Assembly: GCF_030028105.1 (NCBI RefSeq)
Contig: NC_092371.1
Span: 96,499,064 to 96,563,063, forward strand
Direction: 5' to 3'
Length of the DNA stretch: 64,000 bases
Source: Mobula birostris
Taxonomy: Eukaryota
Positions 25,617-39,159 of the stretch are shown here, piece after piece (the stretch's first letter is position 1; every line of letters starts with the position of its first letter). The position numbers were made by a program, and so were the translations under genes. The notes under the pieces were generated by a model. That model made no database searches, had not been told where the DNA came from, and was given only the letters and a program-made list of their open reading frames with translations.

Positions 25617-26149
25617 CTACATAAAGAAAAAATATAAACCATGAACTCAGACAATGTTGGACAAAGAGAAATAGTAGATAAGCAGATGGTCCAGATCCAT
25701 GTTTAAAGTAGACAACTGGGAATCTGTGACACTATTTGCTCATCACCCACAGCTGGAAGGGCCTGCAGGCAATTGAACAGCACATTGCCAGCATGGAGCA
25801 GTTAAAGAGACCAGGAGACACTAGTTGGTCACCAGTGGGTACAGAGATTGCTCATCTCAGCCGTGGAAATAATTGACATTGTATGTCCCACAACGTGCCT
25901 CTACACCATGGATTTTGAAGAGGCAAAAAAAATTCCCACAGAAATCTCATGTATAGTCATGACGCGAGGGCAGTTAGTCTTAATCATGTTTGGTCGCTTG
26001 TCACTCAGACTAACCACCAGGAATCATACAGGAATAATGGAGACTTGCATCTAAAGTCAATGCCTTTAAGAAACTAGTGGAAAATGATCATCTTCTGGGG
26101 CTTCTAATTCCTGAATGGTCATAGTTCTAGATATCAGAAAGGTTCTCCT

Positions 26150-26642
26150 TACACCCTGTACCTAATAATGTGGCCACCCAGTAGAAGTTCATGGTCTTCT
26201 GCTGTTGTCAGTCATTCAATGCGTTGGGCGTTCAGAGATGCTCTTCTGTTGTAATGCATGGTTATTTGAGTTAGTCATCTTTCTGTCAGCTTGAACCAGT
26301 CCAGCCATTCTCATCTGATCTCTCTCATTAACAAAACATCACTGCAGTTAATGTTTTTTTTATTATTGTTTTTCACAATTGTCTGTAAACTATAGAGACT
26401 GTTGTGAACGAAAACCCCAGGAAATCTGAAATACTCAAACACCCTGTCTGTCACCAACAATCATTCCACAGTAAAAGCTACATTTCTTACCCATTCTGAT
26501 GTTTGGTCTGAATAACAATAGTCCCTTGACCATATCCACGAGCTTCTAATGCATTGAGTTGCTGCCACATGACTGGCTGATTAGATAAGTGCATTAATGA
26601 GATCTTGAGTACAGGTGTACCTAATAGAGGCCACTGACTGTA
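26150..26642. mobile_element. Tc1-derived non-autonomous element remnant
   Basis: Repeated TIR-type motif TGTACCTAATA(A/G)...GGCCAC at both ends; the internal sequence resembles decayed Tc1 5' region. Confidence 0.5.
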
Positions 26643-27019
26643 TTGTGAAGCTGGCCCTTGGTCCATTGAAGTTTGACTCCCTCCTCCTCACCCACTCTGA
26701 GCAAGCTAGAACGGTTGAGAGATAAGCAACATATTTTGGTGGTGTCTATTATAACATCTCCACGGCTTTCAAAGGCAACAATGTTTTCAAAAATTACATC
26801 AAAAAATGCTGGTAATTCACTTGCACACAAAAGCTAGCAGTGATGTGAGAAGTCCATGGTGGTGCAAGGATAATGGCTGGCTATAAAAAATAACTCCCTT
26901 GCTTTTCTTCAAATAGTCCCATTGATATCTTAAGACTACTTGAGAAAATGGAGCGAATCTTAATTTACTAAGCAATTAAAAGGCAACACATCTGGTAACG
27001 CAGCACTGGAAAAACAAAG

Positions 27020-27180
27020 AACACACACACACACAGCTGGAGGAACTCAGAAGGCCAGGCAGCATCGATGGAAAAAAGTACAATGTTTCAGGCCGAAACC
27101 CTTCGGCAGGACTGCTGAGTTCTTCCAGCATTTTGTGTGTGTCACTTGGGTTTACACACATTTGCAGATTTTCTCTTGTT
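27020..27180. mobile_element. Palindromic Penelope pLTR-derived mini-element with degenerate hammerhead
   Basis: ACACAGCTGGAGGAACTCAG...GTTTCAGGCCGAAACCCTTCGGCAGGACTG|CTGAGTTCTTCCAGCATTTTGTGTGT. Confidence 0.65.
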
Positions 27181-27381
27181 TACTCTATGGCATATCTGGG
27201 ATTTGAATTCTTGACCATCTAATGCAAGTTAACAATGCAACTGCACTATGATTGCCACCTTGAAGACTTCTGCAGGGCACCTGGTGAGACAACAGCATAT
27301 TGCTAGAACAGGCAACCACAATCTCCCTACTGTATGCTATTAAAATATATTCACAAAACTTCAAGACAGAATGAAACTTAC

Positions 27382-27450
27382 GTTCATGTCACACTCGATG
27401 ATAGAAACAGCTTTGTCTGGTTTAGTTTCCATGACCCGGAGCTCATAGAT
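27382..27450 (-). CDS. UFD1: UFD1 exon 7
   Basis: 69 nt, [23 protein letters not shown]. Confidence 0.97.
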
Positions 27451-28035
27451 CTGAAACACAGAAACCCTTCAAAAGAAACTTTTTCTTTGTGTACAGGCTG
27501 GCCAAAGCACAGCATCTTAGATTCATGCAGTCTGATATAATACATTGAGTTTGTTTAATGGATGTATCTGAGTGACTTAATACATTGCACACATTGAGAC
27601 ACGTTGTTCAGGCCTGTGGGGAAAAGACAGTTTGAACTGGATCATCAACTTTCACTCTACAGTCAGTCGTCTTCCCGACTATTTTAGACGAGCGTTAGCA
27701 ATATGACATATATACACCAAAACCAAGGTATGACTGCGGCAGGAAACGTTCTAATGAGGTAACTCTAAAGTTTTCTGCAATATGCCCAGTGTACACGACT
27801 GTGTTAGAGTTCAAGTAGAATTGAAATCTTTAAATGCTATTTCTGGCCGTCTATTTCTTCAGTCCAATTTAAAACTTTTGGATCAAATTGATCACTACAG
27901 GTCCTTTCTCCGCATCTTCTATCAACAGTGCAGAGCCATGAACGAGGAGAAACTAACTTGAAGCTGTGTATTTATCAGACAGTAGAAGTATCAGTGTTAA
28001 TGAAAATCCCTGCCCATGGACCACTGACCACTCAC

Positions 28036-28108
28036 CTTCTCATTGTAGTTGATGGCGATGACGTCACCAGTGGTCAAGCAGGCGAAGTTCCTCAGGGCAT
28101 TTTCTAAT
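28036..28108 (-). CDS. UFD1: UFD1 exon 6
   Basis: 73 nt, (V)[24 protein letters not shown]. Confidence 0.97.
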
Positions 28109-29205
28109 CTGAGTTGAACATTAAGGAGAGGACACCAACCGCAGGAGCACACAGCTGAACATTTATCAGCAAATGCTTCCAGCACTGAACTCATTGACAG
28201 CTTTGAGATAATGTTAAAAAAAAAAGGTAATCTCACGGATAGCTCCATGGAAGGATCTTTGACACAAAACTCGGGTGAGGGAGGGGAACATCTATTCAGA
28301 CTATTAGAGGCCTGCGTCAGGCATTTTCATGTCTTACAAGGCATGCCTTTGACACAAAACTCAATTCTTGACCAATCAAACTAATTTTATTTAATCAGCA
28401 GCTGTTTATGCCTTGGTAATCTAACCTTTTCTCTAGATACAAGTCACGACCTCCAACACTCCCTCAGCAGTGCATTCCAAGTTCCAGCTACTCTTTTTCC
28501 TCGGATCCTCTCTAAACTACTGATCCCTTACCCTAAAGTTAAGCCCTCTAGTTTTAGTTACTTCTATGGGGTGCGGGGTGGGCAAGGGAAGAGGATTCCC
28601 ATTATATACCTCTCAAATTTCAGACCCTTCAGCCTCCTCTGCTCCATAGAAACTATCACATCTCATCTAGTCATACACCTCATAACTAAAATGCTCCACT
28701 TCTAGACAACATCCCATTGGGTCTTCTCTGTATCCTCTCCAGTGTAAACACATCCTTCCTATAGAATGGTGACCAGATAAGTATACACTACTCTGGCTTA
28801 TAACACTTCATAATGTTCATAGAAAGATACAGCACAGAACCTGTCCCCTCGGCCCCTCAAGTCCATGCCGAACCATTTAAACTGCCTGCTCCTATCAACC
28901 TGCACCCTGACCACAGCCCTCCATACCCCTACCATCCATGTACCTCTTCAAACTTCTCAAACATAGTCATCAAGCTTTGCAGTGCTGCAAACCAACAAAA
29001 TTTAATAATAAAACTGATTCTGATTCAATAAAGTCAACTTATGACATCAGGTCATACACTCCTCATTTAGAAACCACCTAATCTCCATGAAGTAGTAAAA
29101 TTTTACTTTAAAATATTAATTTGAGCAAAATTCAGTTCTGGAAGATGCACCTTCAGTATTCAAATTGCAATCATTGAATAGAAACAGTACTGAACAGAAG
29201 GATAC
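28109..29205 (-). other. UFD1: U12-type (minor spliceosome) GT-AG intron of UFD1
   Basis: 5' splice site GTATCCTT; branch site TCCTTAAT at 28120-28127, about 11 nt before the end of the intron, with no polypyrimidine tract in between. Confidence 0.9.
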
Positions 29206-29336
29206 ACAGCTTTGGGATTGGTGATATCCAGGAAATCTGGAGCCTGCGGTTGAAATTTGGAATAAGTGGCAACCATGAGGTTCACACTCTCTACCTGGAC
29301 CAGGCCCCCTTCCTCCAGAAGCAAGTTCTGCATCAT
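29206..29336 (-). CDS. UFD1: UFD1 exon 5
   Basis: 131 nt, [43 protein letters not shown](V). Confidence 0.97.
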
Positions 29337-30718
29337 CTAGAGATGGGGACAATATGGGTTAAATCACCAGAGACAGTGGTAAATGGAATCATTGTTCAGC
29401 TGAACTCTTGGCGCGACATCTACCAACCCAACCAATTAGACAGATGCTTTACATACTTAGCATAACCATTCAAGTTAACAAAAATATTTGCTGCACCCAG
29501 AGTGTTTGAGAGATTTACGCACTAGTTTGGCCAACTTAAGATAGCAGTGGATATGCATAACAGCCCCATATGAATTGGCTCTTTTTTTCAATCTACCCAT
29601 TTCTAACTCTACATCCTTGTCTTCATTCACATTCTAACCATATAATTGAAACAATTAACCTCAGTTTTTAAACATTTGTTTTACTTAACATTGTCTTTTC
29701 AGTACAGGTTTGCACAAATTTGTCTGCAAAACATTCGTTCCTGATTTAAATCCCCAATGATTCTGCTCTGATTTTTTTAACCTTACACTTCCTCTCGTTT
29801 CTTTGAGGACTTCCCTAATTCATGATCTATCACCCACAAGGACAAGGGGAACAGGCACTCAATGCCACCGTCATTTGCACAATTCCCAGCAAGTCACTTA
29901 CAATCTCAATTTAGAAATACATCTTCCATTGTTTATTCTGGAATTTCCCAACAACGGACGAATCACCAAAAAGACTTCAATAATTCAAGACTGCAGCTCC
30001 CTTTCAACAGCATTTAATCCAGCTTTTGCTGGTGGTGCCCACAAGAGCTTCTCAGTATTTTCCCAATTATATTTTAAGTCATTCTCAGTTTCCCATTCTC
30101 TCGCTCAGGGTTCGCAATCTTTTTTTATGCCATGCACCCAGTAGCAATATGCAAGCTGTCCGTGGACCCCAGGTTGGAAACTGCTGCTCTAGGGAATGGA
30201 AGTCAATTCAACACCACTGTTGAACAAGCTCTGGTTTAATAAGTGTCACTTCATAACTGGTACACCATCCAACAGTTCCCTTAGTCTTTTAAAGATTAAC
30301 TTTGTCACATGTACATGAAACAGTGAAATGCACCATTTGTGTCAACAAGCAACACTCAGAGGATTGAGTCTGCAAATATCTCCACACTCATTCACTAATC
30401 CTAAATGTACATCGTTGGAATGTGGGAGGAAACCAGATCACCCAGAGGAAACCCACACAGTCATGGGGAGGAAGTACAGACAGTAGCAGGAATTGAACCC
30501 CCATCAATGATTACTGGCACTGCTCTAACCACTACGCAACCATGTCCCCCTTTTTAAACCATCCCCAGGCCAGAAAACCTCAGATCTGAGGCTACTCCTT
30601 CAATTAAAATGTCAGGCTTCACCATGAAGATCAGTCTAAGGTATGGAGTATTGATTTTAAACACTATCATTTCCAGGTATTTGCCAGAGTGGCAGGAACT
30701 AATTTCTGAAACATTGTG

Positions 30719-31026
30719 AGGGCACGTGGCCAAGTGGTTAACACATTGGACTAGCGACCTGAAGGTTGTGAGTTCCAGCCCCGGCCGAGGGAACGTGTTG
30801 TGTCCTTGAGCAAGGCACTTATTCACACATTGCTCTGCGACGACACTGGTGCCAAGCTGTATGGGTCCTAATGCCCTTCCCTTGGACAACATTGGTGTCA
30901 TGGAGGGGGGAGACTTGCAGCATGGGCAACTTCCATACAATCTTGCCCAGGCCTGCTCCCTGGAGAGTGAAGACTTTCCAGGCACAGATCCATGGTCTCG
31001 CAAGACTAACGGATGCCTTTACTTAC
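30719..31026 (+). mobile_element. tRNA-derived CORE-type SINE with RTE-like 3' tail
   Basis: A box TGGCCAAGTGG, B box GAGTTCCAGCC, CORE-like GTGTCCTTGAGCAAGGCACTT, and tail ATCCATGGTCTCGCAAGACTAACGGATGCC(TTTAC/TTAC). Confidence 0.75.
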
Positions 31027-31905
31027 CCACTTTAAAAAAAGTCTTCACTTTATGCAAAATATTCTATGGACCTTGCTACAGTGGAAACATTTGACAACTT
31101 TGCACAACAGTAGTCACCAATAAGAAAAACAAACCATTTATCTAGTCTGGTACCACGAGCTGAGGGAACATTGTTGATCTTAATACCAACAGCAACTGCT
31201 TCTTAACAGCAACACTGAATATTTAAAAGTAAGGTGTTACTGGATTTTAATCTTTTCTCCAAAGGGCCAACGTGGGGAAGAATAATGAAACTTTAAAATA
31301 TTTTGTAAATTTATATAAAGAGTTTAACAATGTACATTGCCTTAATTCAAATGATTTATTAACTCCTCTGGAGCTGCATAGAGCTCATTTGAAAGCTGTG
31401 ATGATACCGTGATTTGATGGTGATAAAGGGATGTCTCAGGTTGGTGGATATTCATACAAGAGGAATAAAGGTCAGTTGTTACACTCAAGCGTTTGATCCT
31501 GGAATTCCTTGTTCCACCATCAGCTAGACCAGGGTCAACGCAGAGAATCGAGGTCCAGGAGTTGATCAGAGGTTCAGAAGTCTTAGACCGATGGCTGAAG
31601 CTGGTGACTGAAGGCCCGGAAGCCTGCCCTAGAGTTGGACTGTCCGTATGCATGGGTGAGAGGGCGGGTGGGAGAGCGGAAAGGAGCGTGTTTTGTTGTG
31701 CTTATTGTGTTCTGTGTTGCTCTGTCAAACATGCTATATTTGCACCAAAACCTGTGGAGGCACTTGCAGGCTGCCTTGGTACATCCTCAATGTTTGATGG
31801 ACATTAATGCAAATGACGCATTTCACTGCGTGTTTCAATGTACACGTTATAAATCAATCTGATTAATTCTCCCTGCAGTCACATTCCGCAACAACATGCA
31901 CTCAC

Positions 31906-32027
31906 CCAGTGAGGCAAGTAACAGATTCCTTCCTCAGCCACAAATTCCAAAACACCACAATGCGTAATTCGGTCAGTTTTCCTGTTAGTAAGTTTAAAGA
32001 GCATTGGGTATGTGATGTTCAGTCGAC
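31906..32027 (-). CDS. UFD1: UFD1 exon 4
   Basis: 122 nt, (S)[40 protein letters not shown]. Confidence 0.97.
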
Positions 32028-32164
32028 CTGCCAATAAAAATAACATTATTTCAGTCCAGCCATAAAAGGAAAAACAAGAGGAAGATATATTTCAGGAATA
32101 GGGATATGACCATAAAACCTATTGAGCACTGCTAATAAACCACAGGAACTGAAAATTATAAAGT

Positions 32165-32580
32165 CAAAGACAGCACCTCATATTTTGCTTGGGAAGCCTA
32201 CCACCCAATAAAAATTAACATTAATTTTTGCAGTTTCATGGACACTACATCCTGTGTTTCTTTCCCACTCCCACCAGGCCATCTAGGTTCTCTCCTGTCA
32301 TTCATTTAACCCCAAAACCCCTCACTATCCAGACTCATCACCCTTGCCCCACTTCATTCCATTTGCCATCTACCTGGGTTTCTGTTCCCTTTGTTCACTT
32401 TTCCTATCCCCTCCATCTCTTGATTCCATCTGCCCAGCATTCCTCCCTTATCTGGCTCCATCCATCAACTACCAGCCTCTGTCTCACTCCCCCTTCTCAC
32501 TTCTACACAAGGCCAATCTTCTGTCTGCACTTTCTGTCCCGATGCAGGGTGTCGAGTTCTCCCAACAGTTTTTTTGTTTC
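32165..32580 (+). mobile_element. Penelope-like element 3' remnant, old
   Basis: RQHLIFCLGSL remnant (end of GIY-YIG ORF) followed by a pyrimidine-rich pLTR-like tract. Confidence 0.55.
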
Positions 32581-32716
32581 AAAAATACCACTTTATACTT
32601 TTAAATATTCAATATTAAGCATGTGGAAAAATGACGTGTCACTAGCACTAAATGCTGGACAGAAAACTGTATTGTTTAACAGTGGTACAAGGATGCATAC
32701 AGATTCAGGTACTTAC

Positions 32717-32749
32717 TCAGTTGATCCAGGGCAGACGGTGGCATTATTA
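32717..32749 (-). CDS. UFD1: UFD1 exon 3
   Basis: 33 nt, (I)IMPPSALDQL(S). Confidence 0.96.
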
Positions 32750-33875
32750 CTGTGCAAGAAGAAACACCAAATACAATGTAAATTAGTGAAATAGAAAATA
32801 TTGGGTGTCTTCATACTCAAATAGAAAAACTCATACTCTTTTCCCCATGTCGAGGCTTTGAAGTAGACTGCTTCTTACACAGCATGCAAGAGCACTGTAA
32901 TCCGCAAAATAGGTCAGAAACCCCTTCAACTGTGCCAAGAAGTTGGCAACTTCCCATTCTGTTAATGTCCAACAGCTGTTGGCTGGTCTGCTGACATCAA
33001 GAATAGACTATTCCAAGTGCAGGGAAAACAAATTATTCTACCTGGCATGCAACAGCAGCATATTTTCCTTTCAATGTAAAGTATATTTCACGTTGATGAG
33101 AAGAGTTTTACAATAATTAACAAATTCAGAAAGTTCTCATCATTCCCAGTATCTACAAACATTTGAACTTGTTCTAGGATATCTCTACAGTACCTCTTCA
33201 GCTCTGGAATATTGTCCAATGGAGAAAAGATTGTGGGAATTCAAAGACAAAGTGAAAGAACCATTGACAACTGAGTCCCTTCTTCGTGAGCAGGAATGCA
33301 ACATAAAGCAATCCAGAGTTTACAAAAATCTACCAAAAATAATTTGAGCAGAAGCAGAGATGGATTTCCATATGATCAGGAGGCCATTCAGCCTATCAAG
33401 TCTATGTCAACTTGCAAAGCAATCCCTTTTCTCAACAATTTTTCCTGTAATTCTGAGCTAATTCCCCCATTAAGATTCTTTTACTGATGTACACAGTAGA
33501 GGCAATTTACAACAAGCAATTAACCTACATAGCCACTTATCATTCAGGCTGCCACAGGAGAACTTAAACTGCAAAAGACAGCACTGGAAATTAGGAATGA
33601 ACCCAGGCAGCAGTTCTTCTAGCTGTCAGATTGTAATAGCCTCACACAGATGCTAAATGTTGGTTTGGATGATGGCTGTGCAGCAGCTCAGTTGATTAAT
33701 AGTTCAGATGGAACTTTCCAATACAGAAATACAAAACTTCAGAGAAAATAAATTCAATAAATATAAAAATTCTGGAGTGCCGATATCAAAACTTTCTGAA
33801 AAGTAGACTTTGCTTGTCTGCCTGCTAACAAAACAACTAGACAATGGGAAAGTAGGTAAAATTCCAACCACTTAC

Positions 33876-34005
33876 TTTTTCCTCCCTTCTCTACATCCGA
33901 TCGATCACTGCCTGCAAACATTGAGACAGAGTAGCAGCGGTACTGCGTTGAGAACCGATTCCGAAATGCTTGCGGAATTGCTTGGTCAAACATATTGAAG
34001 GCAAA
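33876..34005 (-). CDS. UFD1: UFD1 exon 2
   Basis: 130 nt, FAFNMFDQAIPQAFRNRFSTQYRCYSVSMFAGSDRSDVEKGGK; TAG| and |GTAAG boundaries. Confidence 0.97.
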
Positions 34006-35467
34006 CTACATTGAGAAGAAATGAGAATTACGAAAAGAAAGTCTCAGGAAAAATATAACTGCATCAGACTGAGAAAACAAAATCTTTTATGGGTTTGCTT
34101 AAAAGTTGGAATAAAATATAACATACTTTCAAATTGTATTTTATCAGAAGGCTCTATTAGCATTCATATCAGTCTTTTTCTCTAGTTACATTGAATGAAC
34201 TCCAGGAAGGGAATAGGAGCCTTCAGATTCCATTCTACTTCCTAAGTCAGCAAACTCTAAGCTTCCTCAACATTACCAGGTGGTCTCATAAACTGACAGC
34301 AAGTCATACATTCAAGCTTTATCATTTCTTTGTGTGTACTCATTTGTAATTAACTTTCAGGGTGAAACTAGGGAGTCATTAGTACATTTCCTCTGGTGAG
34401 GGCAATGCAGACTGAGGAAGTAAAATCTTAGTATGAGGTCAGAGTAAGAAGGCTCATCTATTCTCACAGGGAGAAAGAAATAACAAATTCTCATTCACAA
34501 AATCCTATATACACAAGGCCACCCAATAATGTTTAATATCAGAGACTGACATAGTAAAGCAATTTCTAACCTTACATACTGCAGTATTCAAGAAATGTCA
34601 ATAGCAAAATTCCACTGCCCAAACAAACATGGAGGGAAGAGCAGCATTTTTTAATTATAATCATCTCCAATTACTGTCCACTGATATATACAATGCTATG
34701 CACCTGTAATGTTCCCACAAAATATGGGATATACTCTATATTTATATTACTGCTATATACTGCTATGTCTATACTCCATTCTTGGTTGGGGCAACGGTAA
34801 CGAAAATCAATTTCCCTCGGGATCAATAAAGTATGACTATGACTAAATTTTTCATTACACCTGTATATACATGGACTTGTACGCGAGACAATAAACTCAA
34901 CTTTGGCGTTGATTACAGGTTTAAAACCTGAGATTCAGAACACCAGACAGCAATGGAGTGGGTTAAATATTCTTCCTAATGACCATGACAATCATATTAA
35001 GGGCCATCACACAATGCCACTTGGAGCCCTGCTCAGCAGATAGATTTACTCATTTGAGTCCACTTCCCTACCTACCCACTAGCCAGTGAAGAGAGGCTTA
35101 GCAGCTCAGATGTTATCTTTACACTCACTAAGATTAGAAATGGCTCCGACACAAAATGACATCAATTGTAATAGAAATCAGGTAACTTTAAAAAAAAGTA
35201 GGCAATCACCTGGTTACGAACCCTTTTCTCGACTAGCAATGGAGGTGGCTTGTAATTTTTTAACGCAAAGTCCCTGTCAGTTCTCGGACGCATTTAGTAC
35301 ATTCCCAAATCCCAGAGATTATAAAAAGGTTCAGTGGGGAATGTCTAAATGCCGTAGGGGGTCTCTCACGTTCTGCAATGACTGTGCAATCTCTTCACAT
35401 ACCACCCCAACCTTCCCCTCCCCCATACAACACCGGGTCCCCACCTTGCTCACCCCGGCCACCTTAC

Positions 35468-35470
35468 CAT
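35468..35470 (-). CDS. UFD1: UFD1 exon 1 coding part (ATG only)
   Basis: AGAAGGAAGC ATG|GTAAGG at the edge of a CpG-rich region. Joined exons give 924 nt (307 aa plus stop). Confidence 0.85.
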
Positions 35471-35900
35471 GCTTCCTTCTACCCAGCCTCTGACGAGACA
35501 ATACGTGGCTAACTGGTTTCTCCTGTGATCTCCTCCAGCAATTCCTCCGCCGTTCTCCTGCACAGGTAAACACCACCCGTACGCCGCCACGACCCACCGG
35601 AACCAGCGCTACAGCCGGGCATGCAGGGAGCCGGCTTCTATTCGCTGACACCTACGCTGTACCCCTGTCATTGGGTTCTTTGACACCACCAATCATGTGA
35701 CAGATTCCAGAATATCTCACTATTCATTGCGCCGCTGGAAACCCTGTTGACCAATCAATGCCACACAGTCGGCATGTAGCTGCTGTTCATTGGGTAGTTC
35801 AGGTTAGTTTCGACCATTCACACTCGCGCTTACTTACGGAAGGTCAATGTTCCGGGTGCCGGGCTTTAGTAATGGGAGCTGAACGAGTGGAGAGGGAGAG
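35471..35900 (-). promoter_or_regulatory. UFD1 5' UTR and promoter
   Basis: Local CpG enrichment; CCAAT/ATTGG at 35670, 35689, 35751 and 35789; ETS-like CCGGAA at ~35597 and CGGAAG at ~35838; TCATGTGA E-box at 35693. Confidence 0.7.
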
Positions 35901-37419
35901 GGTTCCCGCCTTTCAGCTTGAAATTTAGATTTATTTATCACATGTACATAAAAACATACAATGAAATGTGCCTTATGCGTTAACAACCGACAAACCTAGG
36001 GATGTGCTGGAGGTAGTCCACAAACACATATACATCAATTCCCCTTTCCTGCCCATCAATCACCAGTTGTGGGGTTTACAGAGGCTACAGATGCTGAAAT
36101 CAGTTCAAAAACCAAACTGCTGGAAGAACTCAGTAAGTTAAGCAGCATCTATGGGGGGTGGGGGGGGGGGAGGAGAGAGGAGGAAGAGGAATGGTCAATA
36201 TTTGGGTTGAGATTTAATTCCACCTGCCAAGAGTCTGCTCAACTTTTCATTTCATCTATATTCTATTGTAGCTTTAGATGCTTAACTTGCTCTCCACAAA
36301 ACCACCAACTCTCATGCCATCCTCAAATTTACTAATGCTACCTCCTGCACTGACAGACATGTAAGCAGCAAAGGTCCCAGCACCAATCTCTGTGGTACAC
36401 CACTGGTCAAAACTTCCCAAACTAGAAAAAACATCCTTCTACCGCTACCCTCTGGCTGCTGGTGTTGGAGCATCCACACCAGAGTTCGAGGCAAGTGGTC
36501 CTAGGACAGCCAGCTCCTTGCATGCTTTCCATCTGTGCTGGCCTGAGTGCCGAGTTAGCAACTTGTGAAAATCAGACAAAATGGCAAGGTTGCCACCTGA
36601 TACACCACAAGGAGCAGAAAGGAACAACAGTAACCTCGATCCTCTAAGTCGTATCACCAAGCCAGTTTTGGTCCTGCTTGGAGCGTAGTATGGTTACTAC
36701 TGTGCATGCCTTCCAACGGACTTCTTCAGCTAGAATCAAACCATTTGCTTTTTCTGGTTACCTGCTATCCAAAATGAATGTTGAGATTACCATTTGAATC
36801 ACAGTCCATTGATGTTTTGAGGTAGTTTCTGCACCTTATGCTGTCTGTGAGGAATGGGTTCCTGTTAATGTGCCATAATTTAGTGTGGTATGCTTTCTTC
36901 ATTTAGAACCCAATGCAGGCTGAATGCTGTGATTGTACAGTAAAGGAAATATTATCATAGCAGTTATCAGACAAGAGATGCAAGCAACCCTTGAATCATC
37001 AGCAACCATAGTTTCCATTAATGCACAGGTCCACCCCTTGGGATAATCCCTGGCACATGTATTGATGGTGACTTACAGCTATGGCTGATTTTACTGTACT
37101 TTAACAGGGATGAAAGGTGAATTAGGAGTCAGAAAGGGTGGCATACTGTATGTCCAGATAGCAGAGGGGAAAGACTCCATTTTAGGAAATGTTTCTTTCC
37201 CTCTGCCATCAGAATTTTGAACAATCAATGAACTCTTTAAGCTGCCTTGCTTTTCTTCTTTTGCATTATTTAGTTTTATTTTCACAAACAGTAATTTGTT
37301 TTGCCTGAGCTGCACTGCTGCCACCAAACAACAAATTTCATAACCTCTGTTGGTGATGATAAACCTGATTCTAATTCTCAGTCCAGAACAATGTTTCCCG
37401 ATAGGGGACTTTGTCACCA

Positions 37420-38270
37420 AGGCATGGAGGTTTTTATGGGGAGACTGGAGAAATAGCAGTAGTCAAATGGAGTGAGAACTGTAACCTGTGTCTCAAAGTG
37501 GACAAGACAAAAGAGATGATTGTGGACTCCAGGAAGGCACAGGTCGACCACTCTCCATCGCACATCAATGGCTCTGCCGTGGAGAGAGTGAAGAGCACAA
37601 AGCTCCTTGGTCTGCACATAATGGTTGATCTAACCTGAACCCACAACACTTCCGCATCAGTCAGGAAGGCAGAGCAGCATCAACAGTTTGAGGAGACTGA
37701 GGTATGCAATCTTTCCTAACAACTTTCTACAGGAGCACCACTGACTGTTCTGTCTGGCTGCATCATTGTGTGATACAGAAGGTGCACGGCCTTGAACTTA
37801 CATCAGACAGTAAACACCACTGAGAGGATCATTGGGGTCTCCCTCCACCCCCTCCATTTCCACCCCCCCCCCACTATTTGTGACGTTTACCATGAGCATT
37901 GCCGACAAAGGGCCCAAGGCATTGTTGAGGATTCCCACCACCCATCCCAGAATCTTTTCGACCCACTACCATCAGGAAAAAGGTACAGGAACATCAAGAC
38001 TAGGACTGCCTGACTAAGTAACAGCTTCTTCACTTCAGGCTGTGAGACTAATGAATAACCTGCCACCTCCAAGGTCTCATCAGTAGGCCAATGAGCAGTT
38101 TACAGTTTACCTATGCCACATGCTACAAGCATTTTGAGCTATATTCTTTGTGGTAATATTTTGGTTTATGAGCTGTGTGTGATATATGCTTTGCGGGTGC
38201 TCTGTGGTCCGGAGGAACTTTGTTTCATTTGGCGTATATATGTATAGTCAGATGACAATAAACTGCATTA
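37420..38270 (+). mobile_element. Rex1/Babar LINE 3' fragment
   Basis: LKVDKTKEMIVDSRK...INGSAVERVKSTKLLG...SHHPSQNLFDPLPSGKRYR. Confidence 0.8.
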
Positions 38271-39159
38271 ACATTGAAAATGATTAGTTAATAAATGGTA
38301 ATAATTTTGATTTACAATCCTCAATTTCAACAATACATGCAAAAATCTTTCCCTGAAGTAGGCAGTTTACAGCTGTTGGCTGAACATTTTTGTACTAGTA
38401 TCTAATATGTATATTTATATTTGTCTGTAAATAGTTAATTGTGCAATATGACAACATATGTAGTAATTATCAAAATGTTTTTATTACTTTTTTAGCAGTA
38501 GCAGTGTACTTGTTATGTATACGTACCTTTAAGAACCATGTGTACTGTGAATATTTGGATTTCCCCTTGTTCTTGGCTTATTTACTATGAAGCTAATAAA
38601 ATATGCTTCCAAATAAAGTACTAACCAAATCTTATCCATGGAATGTAATAAATTGATGCTAGTCTCATCCGCAGTACACCCAAAATCTGTTATTCAAACA
38701 ACAATTTAATTACTTTTAAAATAATTCTTTGCCTCAATTTCATGAGGATCTGTTGCCTAGAATTCCATATTGTAGCCAGACATCATGAAAGGATGTCTTC
38801 AATCCATTCATTGCCTCTAATTCTTCTTGCATTCTCCTGTTACTATTTCATAAAGCAGTAAAATCTGTGTAGAGATACTCACCTGACAAAGAATCTTCAC
38901 AATAATGAAAAACCTTTGAATTAAGTCATCATTTAAGGCTTGGGTCATTTGGGTAATACACTGAATCCCTTTGTGATCTCATCATGCTGTGCACTGCTGT
39001 TGTACATAGAGATAATGAATTTATGAGTCATCAAGATAAAGGTAAAATCATTGCACAAAGTTAAATCAAACTTAAACTATTCAACTTTTTTTTTTGAAGA
39101 GGGATATTAATTCCATTGGTTTGTGAGTAAGTGCCTCCTTCTAAGGTATTGACACAACA

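Noticed and set aside
30719-30790. tRNA gene
   Set aside because: It has Pol III boxes but continues into SINE core and tail, with no acceptor stem or terminator; it is a SINE head.
32228-32794. Longest ORF in the track (188 aa, plus strand)
   Set aside because: It is a low-complexity Penelope pLTR remnant overlapping UFD1 exon 3 in antisense, not protein-like.
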